Source: Steroidobacteraceae bacterium (lineage in GTDB: Bacteria > Pseudomonadota > Gammaproteobacteria > Steroidobacterales > Steroidobacteraceae). From it: a DNA stretch of 62,373 nucleotides. The notes beneath the pieces were generated by a model. It was given only the letters and a program-made list of their open reading frames with translations, was not told the origin of the DNA and searched no databases. A program made the position numbers and the translations under genes. The DNA is taken from contig DATEEF010000125.1 of NCBI GenBank assembly GCA_035281265.1, positions 1 to 62,373 of the forward strand. Direction: 5' to 3'. This document shows, piece after piece, positions 26,675-36,541 of this stretch. Position 1 is the stretch's first letter. Every line of letters starts with the position of its first letter.

Positions 26675-28102
26675 TCAGCGATTGGGGATATCGATCGCCC
26701 GCTTGTCCGCCGCCAGCGCCGCCTCGTGCAGCGCTTCCGACAGCGTCGGGTGTGCGTGGACGGTGCGCTGCAGGTCTTCGCTGCTCGCCGAGTACTCCAT
26801 CGCGAGCACGGCCTCGGCGATGAGTTCCCCCGCCATCGGTCCGATGATGTGCACGCCCAGGATCTCGTCGCTGCCCGCGTCCGCGACCACCTTGCAGAAG
26901 CCGGCGCCCGCCTCCATCGCCTTGGCGCGGCCGCTCGCGGCGAACGGAAAGCTGCCGATCTTGACGCTGCGGCCCGCGGCCTTCGCCTGTTCCTCGGACT
27001 GCCCGACCCAGGCGATCTCGGGGGCCGTGTAGATCACCGACGGGATCACGTTGTAGTTGACGTGCCCGTACTGTCCCGCGATGAGGTCGGCGACGGCGAC
27101 GCCCTCCTCCTTGCCCTTGTGCGCGAGCATCGGCCCGCGAACGCAGTCCCCGACGGCCCACACGCCCTCGGCGCCGGTACGGCAGTGATCGTCCACCTCT
27201 ACGAAGCCGCGCGCATCGAGCGCGACGCCGGTCCCGTCCGCCAGCAGGTCCTTGGTGTAAGGCCTGCGGCCGATCGCGACGATCACGCGGTCAACGACGA
27301 GCGACTGGCTGCCGGCGGCGTCCGTGTAACTCACGCGCACACCGTCCTTCTCCGCCTTGGCGCCGGACACCTTCGCCCCCAGCCGCACGTCGAGCCCCTG
27401 CTTCTTGAAGTGCCGCAGGGCCTCTTTCGACAAGGCGCCGTCCGCCATCGGCAGGAACTGCTCGAGCGCCTCGAGTACGACGACCTCGGCACCGAGGCGG
27501 CGCCAGACGCTGCCGAGCTCGAGGCCGATCACGCCGGCGCCGATGACGCACAGTCGCTTCGGGACCGCCTCGAACTCGAGCGCTCCCCAGGAATCCACGA
27601 CGAGCCTGCCGTCGAAGTCGACGCCGCGCAGCGCCATCGGCTCCGAGCCCGAGGCGATCACCACGTGTTTCGCCTGTAACCTGCGCTTGGCGCCGTCGGC
27701 GCCCGTGAACTCCACCTGGCGCCCCGGCAGGAGCTTGCCGTGGCCCGTGAGCGGCGTGACGCCGGCAGCTTTCAGCAGCGAGAGGATGCCCTGCGTCATC
27801 CCCTTCACGATCGTGCCCTTGCGCTTCTGCATCGCGGCGACGTCGAACGCGATGCCTTCGAACCTGACGCCGTGAGCCGCGAACTCGTGCTGCGCGCGGT
27901 GGAAGAGCTCGGAGGACTCGAGCAACGCCTTCGATGGAATGCAGCCGGCGTTCAGGCAGGTGCCGCCGAATGCGGAGCTGCCGTCGCGGTTCTTCCAGCC
28001 GTCGATGCAGGCGACCGCAAGCTTGTTCTGCGCCGCACGGATGGCTGCGGGGTAGCCGGCCGGGCCGCCGCCGATGACGATGACGTCGAAGCTGTCAGAC
28101 AT
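26675..28102 (-). CDS. lpdA: dihydrolipoyl dehydrogenase (E3)
   Basis: FDVIVIGGGPAGY, redox-active GGTCLNAGCIPSK, C-terminal HAHPTLSE. Confidence 0.95.
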   Translation of the reverse strand: MSDSFDVIVIGGGPAGYPAAIRAAQNKLAVACIDGWKNRDGSSAFGGTCLNAGCIPSKALLESSELFHRAQHEFAAHGVRFEGIAFDVAAMQKRKGTIVKGMTQGILSLLKAAGVTPLTGHGKLLPGRQVEFTGADGAKRRLQAKHVVIASGSEPMALRGVDFDGRLVVDSWGALEFEAVPKRLCVIGAGVIGLELGSVWRRLGAEVVVLEALEQFLPMADGALSKEALRHFKKQGLDVRLGAKVSGAKAEKDGVRVSYTDAAGSQSLVVDRVIVAIGRRPYTKDLLADGTGVALDARGFVEVDDHCRTGAEGVWAVGDCVRGPMLAHKGKEEGVAVADLIAGQYGHVNYNVIPSVIYTAPEIAWVGQSEEQAKAAGRSVKIGSFPFAASGRAKAMEAGAGFCKVVADAGSDEILGVHIIGPMAGELIAEAVLAMEYSASSEDLQRTVHAHPTLSEALHEAALAADKRAIDIPNR

Positions 28103-28114
28103 GGTGTCGGGTCC

Positions 28115-29344
28115 TCAAACCTGGAGCAGCAGCCGCGCGGGATCCTCGAGCGCTTCCTTCACGGCCACGAGGAACTGCACGGCCTCGCGGCCGTCGATGA
28201 TGCGGTGATCGTAGGTCAGCGCGACGTACATCATCGGCCGGACGACGACCTGGCCGTCCGCGGCGACGGGTCTTTCCTGGATCTTGTGCATGCCGAGGAT
28301 GGCGCTCTGCGGCGCGTTGACGATCGGCGTCGACATGAGCGAGCCGAACACGCCGCCATTGGTGATCGAGAAGGTGCCGCCCGTCAGCTCATCGAGAGTG
28401 ATCGAGCCGGTGCGCGCGCGCTCGGCGAAACCGGTCACCGCCCTCTCGATCGCGGCGAAGTCCATCCGGTCCACATCGCGCAGCACCGGCACCACGAGGC
28501 CACGGTCGGTGGATACGGCGACGCCGAGGTCGTAGTAGTCGTGGTACACGATATCGGCGCCCTCGACCGACGCGTTGACGACGGGGTAGCGCCGCAGCGC
28601 CTCGACGCAGGCTTTCGCGAAGAACGACATGAAGCCGAGGCGCACGCCGTGCCGCTTCTCGAAGGCGTCCTTGTAGCGTGCGCGCAGTGCCATCAGCGCC
28701 TGCATGTCGATCTCGTTGAATGTCGTGAGGAGCGCGGCCGTCGACTGGGCTTCCACCAGGCGCTCGGCGATGCGCGCCCGCAACCGCGACATCGGCACCC
28801 GGCGGTCCTCGCGGGCGGGCGCCGGCGACGGCGCGCGAGCCTGCGGCGCGCCTTCGAGGTGATGAGCCACGTCGCTCTTCGTGATGCGACCGTCGCGCCC
28901 GCTGCCGGCGATGTCGCCGGCACTCAGGCGGTTCTCCTCGACCAGGCGCCGGGCAGCGGGTGACAGCTTCGCGGGATGATCGTCGGCGCGAGCCTGGGCT
29001 GGTGCAGGCGGTGCGGGAGCCGCGGATGGCGCGGCAGCAGCCGGCTTTTTCCCGTCAGCCGGCTTCTTCGCGTCCGCCCTGGCCGCGGCAGGCGCTGCGG
29101 CGCCCGCCTGCTCTTCGATCACCGCCAGCAGTTCCCCGCTGGTCACGGTCGTGCCGGCGGCCTTCGCGACCGACTTGACGATACCGGCCGCGGGCGCGGG
29201 CACTTCGAGCACGACCTTGTCGGTTTCGAGGTCCGCGAGGTTCTCGTCGCGGCTGACGGTGTCGCCCGCCTTCTTGTGCCAGGCGACCAGGGTCGCGTCG
29301 GCAACGGATTCGGGCAGCTGGGGAACGCGGACTTCCGTGGTCAT
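28115..29344 (-). CDS. sucB: dihydrolipoyllysine-residue succinyltransferase (E2 of 2-oxoglutarate dehydrogenase)
   Basis: Lipoyl domain ([14 protein letters not shown]), Ala/Pro linker, E3-binding segment, and catalytic domain ending [15 protein letters not shown]. Confidence 0.95.
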   Translation of the reverse strand: MTTEVRVPQLPESVADATLVAWHKKAGDTVSRDENLADLETDKVVLEVPAPAAGIVKSVAKAAGTTVTSGELLAVIEEQAGAAAPAAARADAKKPADGKKPAAAAPSAAPAPPAPAQARADDHPAKLSPAARRLVEENRLSAGDIAGSGRDGRITKSDVAHHLEGAPQARAPSPAPAREDRRVPMSRLRARIAERLVEAQSTAALLTTFNEIDMQALMALRARYKDAFEKRHGVRLGFMSFFAKACVEALRRYPVVNASVEGADIVYHDYYDLGVAVSTDRGLVVPVLRDVDRMDFAAIERAVTGFAERARTGSITLDELTGGTFSITNGGVFGSLMSTPIVNAPQSAILGMHKIQERPVAADGQVVVRPMMYVALTYDHRIIDGREAVQFLVAVKEALEDPARLLLQV

Positions 29345-32157
29345 GAATCCTTCCGGTTCAGGGCAGCGGCGACCAGAGCTTCCTGTTCGCGCTGGTGATT
29401 GGAATAAAGTCCCGTCGCCGGGGCGGCTGCGCTCTCGCGGCCAGCGTAGTGCAGGGTGCGGTCACCGTCGAGCGGCGCCTGCAGGCGATGGCGGATCTGG
29501 TACCAGGCGCCCTGGTTCTGCGGCTCCTCCTGGCACCAGACGATGTCCTTCGCCTTGCCATAGCGCTCGAGGATCGCGTGGTAGCCGTCCGCCGGGAACG
29601 GATACAGCTCCTCGATGCGCACGATCGCGACATTGCCGTCCTTCGCAGCGCGGCGACGTTCGAGCAGGTCGAAATACACCTTGCCGCTGCAGAACACGAT
29701 CCGCCGCACCTTCGCCGCGTCGAGCGCATCGACTTCGTCGATGACCTGCTGAAAGCGGCCTTCGCTCAGGTCGGTCATGGTGGACACCGAGAGCTTGTGG
29801 CGCAGCAGGCTCTTCGGCGTCATGACGACGAGCGGCTTTCGCAGCGCGCGCAGCATCTGGCGGCGCAGCATGTGGAACATCTGCGCCGGCGTCGACGGCA
29901 CGCAGACCTGCTGGTTGTTCTCCGCCGATAGCTGCAAAAAGCGCTCGAGGCGCGCGGAACTGTGCTCCGGGCCCTGGCCCTCGTAGCCGTGCGGCAGGAA
30001 CAGCGTGATGCCGGACATCCGGCCCCACTTCGACTCGCCCGAGGTGATGAACTGGTCGATGATCACCTGCGCGCCGTTGACGAAGTCGCCGAACTGGGCT
30101 TCCCAGATCACGAGCGTCGAGGGGTCGGTAGTCGAGTAGCCGTACTCGAAGCCGAGCACCGCCTCCTCGGACAGCGTCGAATCGATGATGCGGAAGCGAA
30201 CCTTGTCCTTGGCGACACGCACGAGCGGAGTGTCCGTCCCGCCCGTCGCCTGGTCGTGCAGCACGGCATGGCGATGGAAGAAGGTCCCGCGCGCGGAGTC
30301 CTGGCCGGTGATGCGGACGTCGTAGCCGTCCGTCAGGAGCGTCGCGTACGCCATCGTCTCCGCCGCGCCCCAGTCGAGGGGGATCTCGTCCGCGTACATG
30401 CGGGCGCGGTCGTCGACGATGCGCGCGACGCGTGGGTGCAGCTGGAAGCCCGCGGGCGGCTTGGTGAGGATCTTCGCGAGCGAGTCCATGCGCTTGCGCT
30501 CGACGGCCGTCACCACCTTCTCCGCGGGGTCCGCAGCGATATGGTGGCTCCAGTCGACCGTGAACTTGTTGCCGCTGGTGCCGGCGAATGCGCGCGCCTG
30601 CGGGCGGTCCTCCTCGAGGCCGCGCCGGTAGTCCTCGAGCATGGTCGCCGCCTGCCCCTCGGCCAGCAGGCCGTCCTGCTCGAGGCGCTGGCCGTAGATC
30701 TGCCGGGCGGTCGCGTGGCGGCGGATTGCCTGGTACATGAGCGGCTGGGTGGCCGCGGGCTCGTCGGCCTCATTGTGTCCGTGCCGGCGGTAGCAGACGA
30801 GGTCGATGACGACGTCCTTGCGGAACTTCATGCGGTAGTCGAGCGCGAGGCGCGCGACGAACACGACCGCCTCCGGGTCGTCCGCGTTCACGTGGAAGAT
30901 CGGCGCCTCGATCATCTTGGCGACGTCGCTGCAGTAGAGCGTCGAGCGGGCGTCGGCCGGCTCGCTGGTCGTGAAGCCGACCTGGTTGTTGATGACGACG
31001 TGCAGCGTGCCGCCGGTCGTGAAGCCCCGCGCCTGCGACAGCTGCAGCGTCTCCATGACGACGCCCTGCCCGGCGAAGGCGGCGTCGCCGTGGATCAGGA
31101 GCGGCAGGATCGTGGCGCCGGTCAGGTCGCCGCGCTGCTCCTGGCGCGCGCGCACCGAGCCCTCGACGACCGCGTCCACGACCTCGAGGTGCGAAGGATT
31201 GAAGGCGAGGACGACGTGCACGTTGCCACCCGTCGTGCGCAGGTCAGCCGAGAAGCCCTTGTGGTACTTGACGTCGCCCGATCCCTTCGCATTCGCGTGC
31301 TCGACCTTGCCCTCGAACTCGGAGAACAGCATCGACGGCGACTTGCCGAGCACGTTGACCAGCACGTTCAGCCGGCCGCGGTGCGCCATGCCGATCACGA
31401 TTTCCTCGACGCCCGCGGCGCCGCTGCGCTGGACGACGTCGTCGAGGAGCGCGATGAGCGCATCGCCGCCCTCGAGCGAGAAGCGCTTCTGGCCGACGTA
31501 GCGCGTGTGCAGGTAGCGCTCGAGGCCTTCCGCCGCCGTGAGCTGCCACAGGAGATTCAGGCGCTCGTCGTTGGTGAAGCGGTGATGCAGGCGCCCGTCC
31601 TGGAAGCGGTCCTGCAGCCACAGCCGCTCCTCGCTGGTCGACACGTGCGCGAACTCGGCGCCGATGCGGCCCGTATAGATGTGGCGGAGCTGCTTCACGA
31701 TCTCCGACAGCTTCATCTGCTTGTCGACGCCGCTTGTGCGGCTCGCCGTGAAGAACACCTTGTCGTAGTCCGCTTCGGTCAGGCCGACATAGGCTGGATC
31801 CAGCACCTTCGGCACCGGCCGCTGCATCAAGCCGAGCGGGTCGATGTCGGCGATGAGGTGGCCGCGGTTGGCGTAGAACTGGATCAGCCGCGAGACGGAT
31901 GACTGCTTCTCGACGTCCGAGGTCGGCGCCGGATAGGGCGGCGCGACCGTCGCCGTCGACGGCTGTGCAGAAATCTCTTGCGGCGGCTTCCCCGGTTTAG
32001 GTCGCGGCGCAGCGCCGAACGGGCCGAAGAATTCCCGCCACTCCGCGCTGACGCTCGACGGATCCGCCTGGAACCGTTCGTATTGCTCTTCGACGTAGGA
32101 CGCCTGCGCGCTCGAGAACGGGCTCGATTCGTAAAGCTCGCGCAGGGATCGGCTCAT
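29341..32157 (-). CDS. sucA: 2-oxoglutarate dehydrogenase E1 component
   Basis: 938 aa. Typical SucA N-terminus ([16 protein letters not shown]) and ThDP region ([23 protein letters not shown]). Confidence 0.97.
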   Translation of the reverse strand: MSRSLRELYESSPFSSAQASYVEEQYERFQADPSSVSAEWREFFGPFGAAPRPKPGKPPQEISAQPSTATVAPPYPAPTSDVEKQSSVSRLIQFYANRGHLIADIDPLGLMQRPVPKVLDPAYVGLTEADYDKVFFTASRTSGVDKQMKLSEIVKQLRHIYTGRIGAEFAHVSTSEERLWLQDRFQDGRLHHRFTNDERLNLLWQLTAAEGLERYLHTRYVGQKRFSLEGGDALIALLDDVVQRSGAAGVEEIVIGMAHRGRLNVLVNVLGKSPSMLFSEFEGKVEHANAKGSGDVKYHKGFSADLRTTGGNVHVVLAFNPSHLEVVDAVVEGSVRARQEQRGDLTGATILPLLIHGDAAFAGQGVVMETLQLSQARGFTTGGTLHVVINNQVGFTTSEPADARSTLYCSDVAKMIEAPIFHVNADDPEAVVFVARLALDYRMKFRKDVVIDLVCYRRHGHNEADEPAATQPLMYQAIRRHATARQIYGQRLEQDGLLAEGQAATMLEDYRRGLEEDRPQARAFAGTSGNKFTVDWSHHIAADPAEKVVTAVERKRMDSLAKILTKPPAGFQLHPRVARIVDDRARMYADEIPLDWGAAETMAYATLLTDGYDVRITGQDSARGTFFHRHAVLHDQATGGTDTPLVRVAKDKVRFRIIDSTLSEEAVLGFEYGYSTTDPSTLVIWEAQFGDFVNGAQVIIDQFITSGESKWGRMSGITLFLPHGYEGQGPEHSSARLERFLQLSAENNQQVCVPSTPAQMFHMLRRQMLRALRKPLVVMTPKSLLRHKLSVSTMTDLSEGRFQQVIDEVDALDAAKVRRIVFCSGKVYFDLLERRRAAKDGNVAIVRIEELYPFPADGYHAILERYGKAKDIVWCQEEPQNQGAWYQIRHRLQAPLDGDRTLHYAGRESAAAPATGLYSNHQREQEALVAAALNRKDS

Positions 32158-32355
32158 GGCCTGAGCAATTATACCGGACGCACCTCGACTCTAAGTCAAA
32201 GGATTTCAACAGCCTGTGCGCGGAATCGCATGCACCGGCGCGTCGGGGGCAATGCCTCTGCCCGGACGGCTCCCTGGTGAAGCTACGACGATCGCCTACA
32301 GTCCATTCGAGCTGACCGTGTTAACTACTCGGTCTCAGACACCGGAGGTGCAAGG

Positions 32356-32595
32356 ATGAATCCGATCCAGATACTTGCCGTGATCGCACTGGGCGGAACG
32401 CTGCTCGCGGGCTGCAATCCCAAGGATCCGGCAGACGACGCAACGACTACGCCCGCCACACCGGCGGATGTGCCGCCGGCCACGGACACGACGGCTACCC
32501 CGCCGCCGCCGGCGCCGACCGACATGCCGCCGCCGCCCGATGGTTCGACCCCGACCGATCCGGCACAGGAACCGGCTCCGCCGCCGAACGGCTGA
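32356..32595 (+). CDS. small Pro/Thr-rich lipoprotein (79 aa)
   Basis: GGAGGTGCAAGG SD. Signal peptide with lipobox LLAGC. The mature part is low complexity (TTPATPADVPPATDTTATPPPPAPTDMPPPPDG). Confidence 0.6.
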   Translation: MNPIQILAVIALGGTLLAGCNPKDPADDATTTPATPADVPPATDTTATPPPPAPTDMPPPPDGSTPTDPAQEPAPPPNG

Positions 32596-32630
32596 CGAAA
32601 CCGGCGACTGCTGAAAGAGAACACAAGGGC

Positions 32631-32706
32631 TGGCGCCCCGGGCCGGAGTTGAACCGACGACCTGCCGCTTAGGAGGCGGCCGCTCTATCCACTGAGCTAC
32701 CGGGGC
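32631..32706 (-). tRNA. tRNA-Arg (anticodon CCU)
   Basis: Reverse complement GCCCCGGTAGCTCAGTGGATAGAGCGGCCGCCTCCTAAGCGGCAGGTCGTCGGTTCAACTCCGGCCCGGGGCGCCA. Anticodon loop CTCCTAA. 7-bp acceptor stem. Confidence 0.95.
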
Positions 32707-32779
32707 GGGCGAGGCAAAATCTTACCCGAGGGCCGGTCCGTCCGGACCGGCCCCGGGGAAAGTGCCTGGATTCAGCGCT

Positions 32780-33202
32780 TCAGGCCGCCTGGGCGGATGC
32801 CGCGGCCGGAGACTGGCGCGGCTCGGCAAGCGATTGGTCGACGGCAACCGTCGCCTGCTCGACTTTCGTCGCGGCCACGCTGACGAGGTCGGTCGCCGCC
32901 CTTTCGACCGTACGGGTCGCCGAGCGGACGTTCCTCGCCGTGCTGCGGATCGCCGAGCGGGCACCGCGCTTGGCGGCCCGGACCTTCCGGCGGGCAGCGC
33001 TCGTCGCCTTGCGGGCGGCCTTGCGCACCGTGCGCTTCGCACTGCGTACTGCAGAGCGCGCTTTCACGCGGGCGCCGGCCTTGCGCGCCTTGACCCGGAC
33101 CCGTGCCGCCGTCTTCCTGCGCGCCACCTTGCGCCGTACGGCGCGGCGCTTGCGCTCGATCGAGCGTCGCGCGGTTCTTGCTGCCTTCTTCCTTGCTGCC
33201 AT
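32780..33202 (-). CDS. highly basic Arg/Lys/Ala-rich protein, histone H1-like / AlgP-like (140 aa)
   Basis: GGAGAGAACCC-ATG SD. MAARKKAARTARRSIERKRRAVRRKVARRKTAARVRVKARKAGARVKARS... followed by a less basic Ala/Val/Thr-rich tail. The competing frames are antisense junk. Confidence 0.6.
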   Translation of the reverse strand: MAARKKAARTARRSIERKRRAVRRKVARRKTAARVRVKARKAGARVKARSAVRSAKRTVRKAARKATSAARRKVRAAKRGARSAIRSTARNVRSATRTVERAATDLVSVAATKVEQATVAVDQSLAEPRQSPAAASAQAA

Positions 33203-33313
33203 GGGTTCTCTCCAGAAAATGTCGACGCCAACGCGGGCATCGCCGGATGCCGCGCCCCAGGTTCAACCTAGGCCTGCGACCAGCCAGTGTCAACGAGAGA
33301 AATGAAAAGAAAT

Positions 33314-33389
<76 letters not shown>

Positions 33390-33506
33390 ACGAATGAGGG
33401 GCGGAATTGTAATGAGACGCCCCCGGGCCAGCAAGCAAACGGACGCCTGCGCGACGTTGGACCCCTCGATCGGGTACCTTATCGAGCCTATGCACGGCGC
33501 CTTGAA

Positions 33507-33971
33507 ATGCTGAAGATCGGAGTCGCCGCGCCGGACTTCACGCTGCCGGACCAGGATGGCAGGCCTCGCCGGTTGCGGGACCTGGTCGCAGACGGCCCGC
33601 TGATCCTCTACTTCTACCCGGCCGACTTCACGCCCGGCTGCACAAGGGAAGCCTGCGACCTGCGCGACCTGCACGCCCGTATCCTCGCCTCGGGCCTTCG
33701 CGTCGTCGGTGTCAGCCCGCAGTCGCCCGACAGCCACCAACGCTTCCGCAAGGAGCATGCCCTGCCCTTCACCCTGCTCTCGGACGAGGACAAGCTGGCC
33801 GTCAAGGCCTATGACGTCGATGGGCCGCTCGGCATCGGCGTCCGCCGTGCGACCTACCTGATCGACGCACGTGGGCGCATCGCGGACGCGGTCCTCGCCG
33901 ATCTCATGATCGGCAAGCACCAGGCGTTCGTCGAACGCGCGGTTGCGGCTAGGGAAGGTCGAGGCGCGTAA
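33507..33971 (+). CDS. bcp: thioredoxin-dependent thiol peroxidase (peroxiredoxin Bcp)
   Basis: APDFTLPDQDG, ILYFYPADFTPGCTREAC (peroxidatic and resolving Cys), PFTLLSDEDK. Confidence 0.9.
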   Translation: MLKIGVAAPDFTLPDQDGRPRRLRDLVADGPLILYFYPADFTPGCTREACDLRDLHARILASGLRVVGVSPQSPDSHQRFRKEHALPFTLLSDEDKLAVKAYDVDGPLGIGVRRATYLIDARGRIADAVLADLMIGKHQAFVERAVAAREGRGA

Positions 33972-34515
33972 CCGCCGCGCGGCTGAACCTCGGCACGGCC
34001 ACGACGTATACGATTCCGTATTCGGTCTCGGACATTTCGCCGACGTCGTCCCCGGAAAGCTCCTTGACGATCGTGGGCACCGTGTCGGAGTGCGCGACCA
34101 TGAGGATGCGCCCCCCGCGGAAATCGGTCAGCGCCCGCTTGGCGGCCTCCGCCGGATCGTCGGCCTTGACGGTCAGCACCGGGATCCCGAGGCGGTTCGC
34201 GAGCGGTCGCACCGTGTCGCCGGTGCGCCGCAGCTCCGTCACGAAAATGGCATCCAGTCCCTGTCCCTCGGGCGCGCGCCCGAACAGCTGTGCGATCTCG
34301 AGCGCACGGGCCTCGCCGGCGGGTGCGAGCGCCGGATCGGGGTCGTCGGGATTCGCCGTCAGTTTCTCCGCGTGGCGCATGACGAAAACCGTCGTCGTCG
34401 ACGCCGCCGAGAGCAGCCAGAAACCGAGCACGATCACGACGATGCCCGCGAGCGCGGCGATCCACACGGGTGCCAGCAATGGCCGGCGGCGCAGGCTCGC
34501 GTATTCTTTGCGCAT
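33949..34515 (-). CDS. histidine phosphatase family protein (SixA/PhoE-like), membrane anchored
   Basis: Internal ATG 34515 (MRKEYASLRRRPLLAPVWIAALAGIVVIVLGFWLL is a TM helix). Catalytic VFVMRHAEK and LMVAHSDT motifs. Confidence 0.75.
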   Translation of the reverse strand: MRKEYASLRRRPLLAPVWIAALAGIVVIVLGFWLLSAASTTTVFVMRHAEKLTANPDDPDPALAPAGEARALEIAQLFGRAPEGQGLDAIFVTELRRTGDTVRPLANRLGIPVLTVKADDPAEAAKRALTDFRGGRILMVAHSDTVPTIVKELSGDDVGEMSETEYGIVYVVAVPRFSRAAVTRLDLP

Positions 34516-35179
34516 GCCACGGATGATAGCGCGGCCTTGGGTCGTCCTGCTCGCCGCGGGCGGGTCGCGGCGCTTCGGCGCGCCCAAGCAGTTCGCGCGC
34601 ATCGGCGGCGAGTCGATGTTGCGGCGCGCGGTCCGCAGCGCCGTTGCGATTGCACCGGCCGGCTGCGTCGTGGTGCTCGGTGCGCAGGCGGGTCGACTGC
34701 GTCAGGAGCTATCCGGCTTGCCGGCGCACGTGGTCGTGAATCGTGCCTGGCGGCGCGGCCTCGCCTCGTCCCTCGCCGCGGGTATCTCCGCGCTGCCGCG
34801 GACTGCCAGGGCCGCGCTCATCGTCCTTGCCGACCAGGCGTCACTCGGCCCGGGTGACCTCGCACTGGTCGCCGCCGCCTGGCAGGCGCGGCCGAGGTCC
34901 ATCGTCGCGAGTCTGGCCGGCGGCATCCTCGGCCCGCCCGCGCTGTTCCCGCGGCGGCTCTTCCCGGAACTGCGCCGCCTGCACGGCGACCAGGGCGCGC
35001 GTGACTTGCTGCGCGATCCGGCAAGGTCGGTCGTCGGCATCGAGCTGCCTCGGGCGGCGCTCGACGTGGACACGCCCGCCGACGCCGCGCGGGTCAGGAA
35101 TCGGACAGCGCGCGGCCGAACTCCTCGATCCGCGCGATCGTCCCCCGCACGTCGTCCCAGGTCGTCTGGTGGGACATGA
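34514..35179 (+). CDS. MobA-like NTP transferase family protein (MocA/molybdenum-cofactor cytidylyltransferase-like)
   Basis: VVLLAAGGSRRFGAPKQF, NRAWRRGLASSLAAG, IVLADQ. The start is ATG 34514 or 34523. The last ~25 codons overlap the convergent decarboxylase gene. Confidence 0.75.
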   Translation: MPRMIARPWVVLLAAGGSRRFGAPKQFARIGGESMLRRAVRSAVAIAPAGCVVVLGAQAGRLRQELSGLPAHVVVNRAWRRGLASSLAAGISALPRTARAALIVLADQASLGPGDLALVAAAWQARPRSIVASLAGGILGPPALFPRRLFPELRRLHGDQGARDLLRDPARSVVGIELPRAALDVDTPADAARVRNRTARGRTPRSARSSPARRPRSSGGT

Positions 35180-36533
35180 TGCAGAGGCGCAGCGAATAGG
35201 CCTTGCGCAGTCGGGTCGAGGAGATCATGGCGGTACTGGACGCGATGACGCGCGCCTGGATCGCTTCATTGAGCTTGTCAATGCGCTCTGCAGTCCAGGC
35301 CTTGCCGCGCGGGAGATACCGGAAGCAGACAATGCCGAGGGACGGCGGGCCGAGCAGCTCCAGCTCCTGGCTGGCTTCGACGAGCGCGCCCGCCTGTGTC
35401 GCGAAATCGATCCCGCGCGCGATCGCCTCGCGAAAGCGGGCCATGCCGAAGGTCTGGATCGACATCCACACTTTGAGCGCGCGAAAAGACCGCGTGAGCT
35501 GGTAGCCCCGGTCCGCAAAGTTCACGTGCTCGAGCCCCAGCTTCGTGTCCTGGAGATAGTCCGGATTCACGCTGAAGGCGCGCACGAGGTGCGCGACGTC
35601 CTTGACCATGACGCAGCCCGCCTCGAACGGCTGGAACAGCCACTTGTGGGCGTCGAGGCTGATCGAGTCGGCGCGCTCGAGGCCCCTGAGCAACCGCCGG
35701 CCCTGCTCGCACAGGACGGCGAAGCCGCCGTAGGCACCGTCGACATGCATCCACAGCTTCTCGGCGGCGCAGAAGTCCGCGATCGCAGGCAAGGGATCCA
35801 CCGCGCCCGTGTTCGTCGTGCCCGCATTCGCGCAGATGGCGATCGGCGTGAATCCCCCCGCCCGCGCCTCCTGAACCGCAGCGGCAAGCGCCGGCACCGT
35901 AACCCGGTAGTCGCCGGCCGCGGGCACGATGACGATGCCTTCCCGCCGCACGCCGATGATGCGCGCCGCCCGCTCGACCGCCGAGTGCGTCTGGTCGCCC
36001 AGGATGACAGCGGGACGATCCGGGGCGCCGGCCCATTCCCGCGCGGCGACGAGCGCATCGAGGATTGCCGCCGATCCGCCCGACGTGAAGAGCCCTCCAG
36101 CAGATTCCGGGTAGCCGATCCAGTCGCGGATCCAGTCGATCACGACGAGCTCGACCTGGCTCGGTGCGCCGGCGCCCAGCCAGGTTCCCTGGAACGTGTT
36201 GAATCCCGCGGCCAGGTAGTCGGCGATCACGCCCGGCCAGGTTGGCGCAGAGGGCACGAAGGCGAAGAAGCGTGGATGGTCGACGCGCCCCGCAACGGGC
36301 AGGACTTCCCGCACGGCGCGCTCGAGGACCTCGACGGGGTCGCTCCCCTGCTCCGGCGGCGGTTCGCGCAGCAATCGCTCCAGCTCGGCACGGCTGGCGC
36401 CGCGCCAGGGTGCATCGTCGCGCAGGCCCGCCAGACGCTCCAGCAGCCCTCGCGTCGCGGCGTCCGCGAGCCGCCGCATGGTATCTGGCGACAGCGTCAG
36501 GCCGTCCCGGTCGTCCTGCGAACGGTCCGTCAC
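35094..36533 (-). CDS. group II pyridoxal-phosphate-dependent amino-acid decarboxylase
   Basis: HPRFFAFVPSAPT, FTSGGSAAILDAL, HVDGAYGG, PLP-lysine motif SLDAHKWLFQP. I chose GTG 36533 (GGAGA about 14 nt upstream) because the conserved N-terminal helix LSPDTMRRLADAA lies before the next ATG. Confidence 0.85.
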   Translation of the reverse strand: MTDRSQDDRDGLTLSPDTMRRLADAATRGLLERLAGLRDDAPWRGASRAELERLLREPPPEQGSDPVEVLERAVREVLPVAGRVDHPRFFAFVPSAPTWPGVIADYLAAGFNTFQGTWLGAGAPSQVELVVIDWIRDWIGYPESAGGLFTSGGSAAILDALVAAREWAGAPDRPAVILGDQTHSAVERAARIIGVRREGIVIVPAAGDYRVTVPALAAAVQEARAGGFTPIAICANAGTTNTGAVDPLPAIADFCAAEKLWMHVDGAYGGFAVLCEQGRRLLRGLERADSISLDAHKWLFQPFEAGCVMVKDVAHLVRAFSVNPDYLQDTKLGLEHVNFADRGYQLTRSFRALKVWMSIQTFGMARFREAIARGIDFATQAGALVEASQELELLGPPSLGIVCFRYLPRGKAWTAERIDKLNEAIQARVIASSTAMISSTRLRKAYSLRLCIMSHQTTWDDVRGTIARIEEFGRALSDS

Positions 36534-36541
36534 GCCGGGCT

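Noticed and set aside
26619-26680. Repeated peptide KGSDPF..KGSDPF in ORF 24948..27032 (+).
   Set aside because: It is simply the translation of the duplicated palindromic DNA unit in a non-coding spacer. The ORF is an out-of-frame artefact overlapping relA and antisense to lpdA.
32762-33305. Plus-strand ORFs 32762..33271 and 32940..33305, and minus ORF 32772..33920, overlapping the basic-protein gene and tRNA-Ala.
   Set aside because: They have no SD and junk-like sequence, one runs through a tRNA gene, and they are mirror frames of the better-supported 32780..33202 ORF.
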